DNA of 64,000 nucleotides from a bacterium (GTDB lineage Bacteria; UBA10199; JAIBAG01): NCBI GenBank assembly GCA_019695305.1, contig JAIBAG010000005.1, positions 3,361 to 67,360 of the forward strand, read 5' to 3'. Shown piece by piece: positions 58,917 to 64,000 of this stretch (position 1 is its first letter; each line of letters starts with the position of its first letter). The notes under the pieces were generated by a model. It saw only the letters and a program-made list of their open reading frames with translations, ran no database searches and was not told where the DNA came from. The position numbers and the translations under genes were made by a program.

Positions 58917-59255
58917 ATGAAGTTAATTAAATTTTTACTATGGGTTGCAGTAACTATTTGTATGGCCTATTTTATTACCGATTTTAAAATAGGCGACCGC
59001 ACCATTAAGCAGCGTCTCGATGTTTTTATCCGTTCTGAAGAAGGGCTAAAAATTCGCCAAGATGTGACCGATTGGGTGAATCATAACGTTAGTCCTAGTG
59101 CCAAGCCTTCTGTAGCTCCTCCTGCTGTCCCGCCTGCTAAGCAAGAGGATGTTCAATTAACACATTCCGACGAAAGTGCTCTTACTAAAATTATTAAAGA
59201 TGCACCTTTAAACAAGGACGACAAAGATAAAATAAAACAGTTTTTGGACGAGTAA
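58917..59255 (+). CDS. membrane-anchored hypothetical protein
   Basis: Likely start MKLIKFLLWVAVTICMAYFI (single TM). Pro/Ala-rich linker and charged C-terminus. Confidence 0.45.
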   Translation: MKLIKFLLWVAVTICMAYFITDFKIGDRTIKQRLDVFIRSEEGLKIRQDVTDWVNHNVSPSAKPSVAPPAVPPAKQEDVQLTHSDESALTKIIKDAPLNKDDKDKIKQFLDE

Positions 59256-59283
59256 CGTAACGCAGTTTAATGAGGGGAAAAAT

Positions 59284-59523
59284 ATGAGTGAAACGTGTAA
59301 GGTAGAAAAATGTAAACGTGAATACCGCGCTAAGGGTTATTGCGATGCCCATTATAAAAAATGGAAACGTGGTGAATTGCCTAAAAGCCGTTATAAAACC
59401 TGCCACAACGAAAATTGTAATAAAAAAGTGAGTAAATCGGGTTTGTGTGAAGAGCATTTTGCTGCTGTTTATGGTAAAAAAGCAGGGGCTGCTCCCGCTG
59501 CCGAAGCTCCTGCTGCATCTTAG
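59284..59523 (+). CDS. small Cys/His-rich putative zinc-binding protein (two C-x4-C-x8/9-C-x2-H modules) with Ala/Pro tail
   Basis: 79 aa: CKVEKCKREYRAKGYCDAH and CHNENCNKKVSKSGLCEEH tandem modules. GGGG RBS-like sequence upstream. Confidence 0.5.
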   Translation: MSETCKVEKCKREYRAKGYCDAHYKKWKRGELPKSRYKTCHNENCNKKVSKSGLCEEHFAAVYGKKAGAAPAAEAPAAS

Positions 59524-59532
59524 CACGAATAC

Positions 59533-59856
59533 ATGAAGTATTGTTTGCTTATTGGTTTTCTTTTGCTCTTTTTGCCCGCCTTGGGTATGGCCAAAACCTA
59601 TTCCCCTAAAAAGCTTGAGCGTTTTTTTGATCTTAATAAAGATGGTCGTTTAAGTTATTTGGAAAGCGCACTCATAAAAACGCAAAAACGTTACGGATGG
59701 CCGTTGGTTGATACCTCAAAAAAGAAGCCTTATGATTATAACGGCGATTTTATGTTAGAACCTTATGAATGGGAATTATATCAAAGAAAGGCCGATCCCA
59801 AAGAAGTGTTGCATACTCAGTCTGTACACCGAAAATTTAGAACAATAAATGATTGA
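59533..59856 (+). CDS. secreted EF-hand calcium-binding protein
   Basis: Signal peptide MKYCLLIGFLLLFLPALGMA. DLNKDGRLSYLE is a canonical 12-residue EF-hand loop (DxNxDGxLxxxE). A second degenerate loop is DYNGDFMLEPYE. Confidence 0.6.
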   Translation: MKYCLLIGFLLLFLPALGMAKTYSPKKLERFFDLNKDGRLSYLESALIKTQKRYGWPLVDTSKKKPYDYNGDFMLEPYEWELYQRKADPKEVLHTQSVHRKFRTIND

Positions 59857-59960
59857 CGTGAGTGTTTGTATTGGCTATACAAACGCAGGTCTTAATTGAG
59901 CAATTTATAGCTGACATGGCACATAAAAAGAAAAAGGCAAAAAATTTGATTTTTACCAAA

Positions 59961-59990
59961 ACCTCCCGGTAACCAGGGAGGTTTTTTTTT
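59961..59990 (+). terminator. rho-independent terminator / pyr attenuator hairpin with PyrR-box-like motif
   Basis: CCTCCC-GGTAACCA-GGGAGG followed by T9. AACCAGGGAGGUU resembles the PyrR RNA box (RUCCNGNGAGGYU). It lies 17 nt upstream of pyrR. Confidence 0.65.
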
Positions 59991-60006
59991 ACCAAAAACG
60001 ACCAAA

Positions 60007-60519
60007 ATGAGCATTTTACTTAAAGAAAACCAGGTAGCCGATATCATCGGAGTTATGGCTAAACAGATTAGTGCCAAAGTGAGCAATTTGGACGATTTGG
60101 CCCTGGTGGGTATTCGCAGCCGCGGGGTTCCTTTAGCAGAGTCTTTGGCCAAAAAGATTGGAAAGGTGCCGGTTGGTGCTTTGGATATCACTCTTTATCG
60201 TGATGATTTGTCGCGCCTTTCTGAACATCCTGTTGTTAAAAAGACCGAAATTAATTTTGCCCTCGACGATAAGACCGTCTTTTTAGTGGATGATGTGCTT
60301 TATACAGGCCGTACCATCCGTGCGGCACTGGATGCCTTATTCGACTTTGGTCGCCCTAAAGCTGTTTATCTGGCTGTACTTATCGATCGTGGTGGGCGTG
60401 AGTTGCCTATTGAGGCCACCGTTGTAGGTAAAGTGTATGATGTAGAAGTGGATAGCAATGTGAAGGTAAATTTGTTGGAAGTAGACGGAAAAACTTTTGT
60501 GGAACTTGAAAATAAATGA
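60007..60519 (+). CDS. pyrR: bifunctional pyrimidine operon regulator / uracil phosphoribosyltransferase PyrR
   Basis: 170 aa with PRTase motif [17 protein letters not shown]. First gene of pyrB-pyrC-carAB. Confidence 0.9.
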   Translation: MSILLKENQVADIIGVMAKQISAKVSNLDDLALVGIRSRGVPLAESLAKKIGKVPVGALDITLYRDDLSRLSEHPVVKKTEINFALDDKTVFLVDDVLYTGRTIRAALDALFDFGRPKAVYLAVLIDRGGRELPIEATVVGKVYDVEVDSNVKVNLLEVDGKTFVELENK

Positions 60520-61451
60520 CATTTAAACGCAAAGATTTATTAGGCATTGAAGATCTCTCCAAAGAGGAAATTTTATCTATTATTGAAACAGCCCGTTCTT
60601 TCCAGGAAGTAGGCGCCCGCGAAGTTAAAAAAGTACCGGCGCTGCGTGGTAAAACCATCATTAATTTGTTTTACGAAAGCTCTACCCGCACACGAGCCAG
60701 CTTTGAAATAGCCGGTAAACGTTTATCGGGTGACGTGATTAACTTTTCGCCAAGCGGATCCTCTGTAGAAAAAGGTGAAAGCTTGATGGATACGGCCAAA
60801 AATCTGGAAGCCATGGGGCCGGATATCATCGTGTGTCGTCACAGCATGGCGGGGGTTCCTTACTGGCTCTCTAAAAATTTAAAGGCCTCCATCATTAATG
60901 CCGGCGATGGTTTTCATGAGCATCCTACTCAAGCACTGCTCGATGTGATGACCTTGTTGGATGCCAAAAAGAAAATTGAAGGATTAAAAGTAGTGATTGT
61001 GGGTGATATTGCCCATAGCCGTGTGGCTCGTTCGGATATCTACGCGCTTCAAAAACTAGGGGCTAAAGTATCGGTAGTGGGGCCGGCTTCCATGATACCG
61101 GTAGGCATTGAAACCTTTGGAGTAGAAGTATCGTATAATTTACGCGAAGCCATTAAAGATGCCGATTGCGCCATCATGCTGCGCATCCAGAACGAACGAT
61201 TAGGCTTAACACCGTTTCCTACCACGCGCGAATACTCACAGTTTTATGGACTTAATAAAGAAGTTTTAAAGGGCGCTAAAAAAGATATCACCATCATGCA
61301 CCCGGGCCCGGTTAATCGCGGTGTGGAAATTGATCCGATGGTGGCTGATGGGCCTTACTCGGTAATACTCGATCAGGTTAAAAATGGCGTGGCTATCCGT
61401 ATGGCGGTGCTTTACTTGCTGACCCAGCATCACGAAGAAAAGAAAAAATGA
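60516..61451 (+). CDS. pyrB: aspartate carbamoyltransferase catalytic subunit
   Basis: 311 aa with STRTR and HPTQ motifs ([21 protein letters not shown]). Confidence 0.93.
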   Translation: MTFKRKDLLGIEDLSKEEILSIIETARSFQEVGAREVKKVPALRGKTIINLFYESSTRTRASFEIAGKRLSGDVINFSPSGSSVEKGESLMDTAKNLEAMGPDIIVCRHSMAGVPYWLSKNLKASIINAGDGFHEHPTQALLDVMTLLDAKKKIEGLKVVIVGDIAHSRVARSDIYALQKLGAKVSVVGPASMIPVGIETFGVEVSYNLREAIKDADCAIMLRIQNERLGLTPFPTTREYSQFYGLNKEVLKGAKKDITIMHPGPVNRGVEIDPMVADGPYSVILDQVKNGVAIRMAVLYLLTQHHEEKKK

Positions 61452-62725
61452 AACGACTCCATATAAAAAATGGTCATCTGATTGACCCTAAAAACAAGAT
61501 TAACGGCAAGTTTGACGTTGTTTGCGAAAATGGCGTGGTGATCGATGTGCTCAAGCCCGGCCAGAAGGTGGCTGATGCTGAGGTGATTGATGCGACGGGG
61601 CTTGTTGTTTCGCCTGGCTTTGTGGACTTGCATACGCATTTACGTGAACCCGGTTTTGAATATAAGGAAACAATCGAAAGCGGAACCCGCGCTGCGGCTA
61701 AAGGTGGTTTTACTTCTATCTGTGCCATGGCCAATACCAATCCGGTGAATGATGCGGCGTCTGTGACCGAGTTTATTATCAAGCAAGCCAAGACCAAAGG
61801 GATAGTTAATGTGTTTCCTATAGGAGCCTTAACTAAGGGCTTGAAAGGTAAAGAGTTAGCGCCCATAGGAGAGCTCAAGCGTGCGGGTTGTGTGGCTCTT
61901 TCGGACGATGGCAAATGTGTGGAAAATCCTCTGCTCATGCGGGTGGCTATGGAGTACGCCAAAAGTTTTGATATTCCAGTTATTACTCATTCGGTAGATC
62001 AATGCTTATCGGCTGGCGGTGTGATGAACGAAGGAAAAGTTTCGGCTCGTTTAGGTTTGCCCGGTATTCCGCATGAAGCCGAAGATATTATGATTGCCCG
62101 CGATATATATCTGGCAGGCTTAACCGGGGCTCGACTTCATATTGGCCATGTAGCAACCTGCGGCGGTGTAGAGGCTATTGAACGTGCAAAAAAGAAGGGT
62201 TTACCCGTAACCGGTGAAGTAACACCTCACCATTTTACACTCACGGATGAAGCAGTCATTGGCTATAGAACCGAAGCCAAGATGGCGCCCCCGCTCCGTG
62301 AAAATCACGATATTAAAGCGCTAGTTCAGGGCTTGGCTGACGGCACCATCGATGCCATTGCTACCGACCATGCTCCTCATTCGGTGCTTGAAAAGGAAGT
62401 AGAATTTGAACGCGCTGAATGCGGCATTATTGGTTTAGAAACTGCTTTAAGTTTATCGATAAAACTAATTGATAATAAAAAGATTACTTTAGAAAAAATA
62501 ATAGCCACCTTAACCCATCAACCGGCCCAGATTGTTGCTTTAAAGAAGGGGAGCCTGGAAAAAGGGGCGGATGCGGATATCACCATCTTTGACCCCGAAC
62601 GGGAGTATGTGATTGATGAAAATACTTTCTGTTCCAAAAGCTCCAACAGTCCCTTTATGGGCATGAAGGTGAAGGGTGTGGTGACCCATACACTTGTGGC
62701 AGGAAAGGTGGTTTACTCATTATGA
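61448..62725 (+). CDS. pyrC: dihydroorotase
   Basis: 425 aa with amidohydrolase metal ligands ([10 protein letters not shown] ... DHAPH). Confidence 0.9.
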   Translation: MKRLHIKNGHLIDPKNKINGKFDVVCENGVVIDVLKPGQKVADAEVIDATGLVVSPGFVDLHTHLREPGFEYKETIESGTRAAAKGGFTSICAMANTNPVNDAASVTEFIIKQAKTKGIVNVFPIGALTKGLKGKELAPIGELKRAGCVALSDDGKCVENPLLMRVAMEYAKSFDIPVITHSVDQCLSAGGVMNEGKVSARLGLPGIPHEAEDIMIARDIYLAGLTGARLHIGHVATCGGVEAIERAKKKGLPVTGEVTPHHFTLTDEAVIGYRTEAKMAPPLRENHDIKALVQGLADGTIDAIATDHAPHSVLEKEVEFERAECGIIGLETALSLSIKLIDNKKITLEKIIATLTHQPAQIVALKKGSLEKGADADITIFDPEREYVIDENTFCSKSSNSPFMGMKVKGVVTHTLVAGKVVYSL

Positions 62726-63852
62726 CAAAAGAAGCTCATTTAATTTTAGCCGACGGCACCATTTATAGCGGCAAGTCGTTTGGATACGAAGGTAACCGAT
62801 TTGGCGAGGTGGTGTTTAATACAGCACTCTCGGGTTATCAGGAAATCTTAACCGATCCCTCGTATGCTGGCCAAATTGTGGTGATGACCTATCCACAAAT
62901 TGGCAACTACGGCATCAATCCCATGGATGTAGAATCGCGCGGGTTGTTTCTGTCTGGTTTTGTGGTGAAAGAAAACTCGCCCATCGTGAGTAATTACCGC
63001 TCTAGCCAAGATTTAGGCAGCTATCTTAAAAAATGGAAGGTGCCCGGTGTAGAAGGGGTGGATACCCGTGCTTTAGTCCGTAAAATCCGTGATGGAGGCG
63101 CCCAGCAGGCGCTGATAGTGGTTGGCCCTCTTAAAAATAAGAATAAGCTTTTAGAACAAGCCAAAAATCTCCCATCGATGGAAGGGCAGGATTTAGCAAA
63201 AACGGTATCGAGCACCAAAAAATCGGAATGGAAAGAGGGTGTTGTTACCCTTGAAGAAGAACTTTCTAAAAAACGCTCTAAAGTAAAAGCCAAATATCAT
63301 GTGGTGGCTTACGATTTTGGAATGAAGCAGAATATTTCACGTCTTCTAACCTCGCATGGTTGCAAAGTAACGATAGTACCCAGCAATACACCTGCAGAAG
63401 AAGTGCTTAAATATAACCCGGATGGAATATTTCTTTCTAACGGCCCCGGCGACCCCGCTATGTGTGAAGAACCTATTAAAAATGTGAAGAAGCTCCTGGG
63501 CAAAAAGCCCATGTTTGGCATTTGCTTAGGTCATCAAATTATGGCGCTGGCCTTGGGTGCTAAAACCTACAAACTTAAGTTTGGCCATCATGGTGGTAAT
63601 CAGCCGGTGATGGATGTGACCACAGGGAAAGTAGAAATTACCTCTCAAAACCACGGTTTTGCTGTGGACGACACAACACTCCCAAAAGATGTGACTGTTA
63701 CGCACATTAATTTAAATGATAGAACCGTGGAGGGGATTGAGCATAAAAAACAACAGGCTTTTTGTGTGCAATATCACCCGGAAGCGGCTCCCGGACCGCA
63801 CGACAGTGCTTATTTATTTAAACGTTTTACCGATATGATGGACAAGCGATAA
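62722..63852 (+). CDS. carA: carbamoyl-phosphate synthase small (glutaminase) subunit
   Basis: 376 aa with the CarA N-domain and a class I glutamine amidotransferase domain (GICLGHQ...H). Confidence 0.93.
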   Translation: MTKEAHLILADGTIYSGKSFGYEGNRFGEVVFNTALSGYQEILTDPSYAGQIVVMTYPQIGNYGINPMDVESRGLFLSGFVVKENSPIVSNYRSSQDLGSYLKKWKVPGVEGVDTRALVRKIRDGGAQQALIVVGPLKNKNKLLEQAKNLPSMEGQDLAKTVSSTKKSEWKEGVVTLEEELSKKRSKVKAKYHVVAYDFGMKQNISRLLTSHGCKVTIVPSNTPAEEVLKYNPDGIFLSNGPGDPAMCEEPIKNVKKLLGKKPMFGICLGHQIMALALGAKTYKLKFGHHGGNQPVMDVTTGKVEITSQNHGFAVDDTTLPKDVTVTHINLNDRTVEGIEHKKQQAFCVQYHPEAAPGPHDSAYLFKRFTDMMDKR

Positions 63853-63907
63853 ACGTTGGTATTTTGTGCGGCAGTTTCGAACGCACGAACATACGAACGT
63901 ACGAACG

Positions 63908-64000
63908 TACGAATTATGCCAAAAAGAACAGACCTTAAAAAAATAATGATTATTGGTGCCGGCCCCATTGTGATTGGGCAGGCTTGTGAGTTTGATTACT
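63908..64000 (+). CDS. carB: carbamoyl-phosphate synthase large subunit (5' fragment; continues beyond window)
   Basis: [28 protein letters not shown] is the canonical CarB N-terminus. Confidence 0.85.

Noticed and set aside
59892-60191. 99-aa minus-strand ORF overlapping the pyrR start and the leader hairpin
   Set aside because: It overlaps the well-supported pyrR and spans the terminator. Probably spurious.
1-64000. tRNA/rRNA genes
   Set aside because: No cloverleaf-like conserved tRNA termini (GGTTCGAATCC-type T-arms) and no rRNA-like stretches are seen. The window is almost entirely protein-coding.

Overview
This 64 kb window is a bacterial chromosomal segment of about 43 to 45% GC, with dense coding on both strands and no rRNA, tRNA or CRISPR. 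It contains conserved housekeeping operons that I can call with confidence:

- rimP-nusA-infB-rbfA-truB at 1..5477;
- rpoZ and nadE;
- mtnP;
- mgtE and recO;
- a tatT-like lipoprotein followed by the dctPQM TRAP transporter;
- a butyryl-CoA-type beta-oxidation operon (thiolase, 3-hydroxyacyl-CoA dehydrogenase, crotonase, acyl-CoA dehydrogenase) fused to a split B12-dependent acyl-CoA mutase;
- lipB;
- a futalosine-pathway radical SAM gene;
- gltB-gltD glutamate synthase;
- a Bacillus-style pyrR-pyrB-pyrC-carA-carB operon.

Between these sit several accessory features that deserve a second look:

1. A 2903-aa giant ORF with a C-terminal transglutaminase-like Cys-His-Asp protease core and an internal HExxH motif.
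2. An isolated injectisome-type SctV export-gate gene followed by five small genes forming two paralogue pairs, one pair ending in a needle/filament-like C-terminal motif. No other T3SS core genes are in the window.
3. A family of nested-palindrome MITE/REP-like elements of about 90 to 120 bp, five copies. Their 'GAGTAAC...GTTACTC' termini supply stop codons to flanking genes. One copy is inserted in frame into an ORF, as Rickettsia palindromic elements are.
4. A perfect 41-bp tandem array of 3.4 units grown from the 3' end of the mutase B12-subunit gene.
5. A cassette of a winged-HTH regulator, a pol-beta nucleotidyltransferase and a GIY-YIG nuclease, candidate toxin-antitoxin or defence module.
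6. A secreted protein with a C-terminal sorting tail resembling MYXO-CTERM or PEP-CTERM.
7. Two short dispersed repeat motifs, 'GTGGATGGTGGATAG' and 'AGTCTCAAAATCGGACTC'.

I cannot place the organism taxonomically from sequence alone. The gene content (injectisome, HD-GYP regulator, beta-oxidation, futalosine pathway) suggests a Gram-negative host-associated or predatory lineage.
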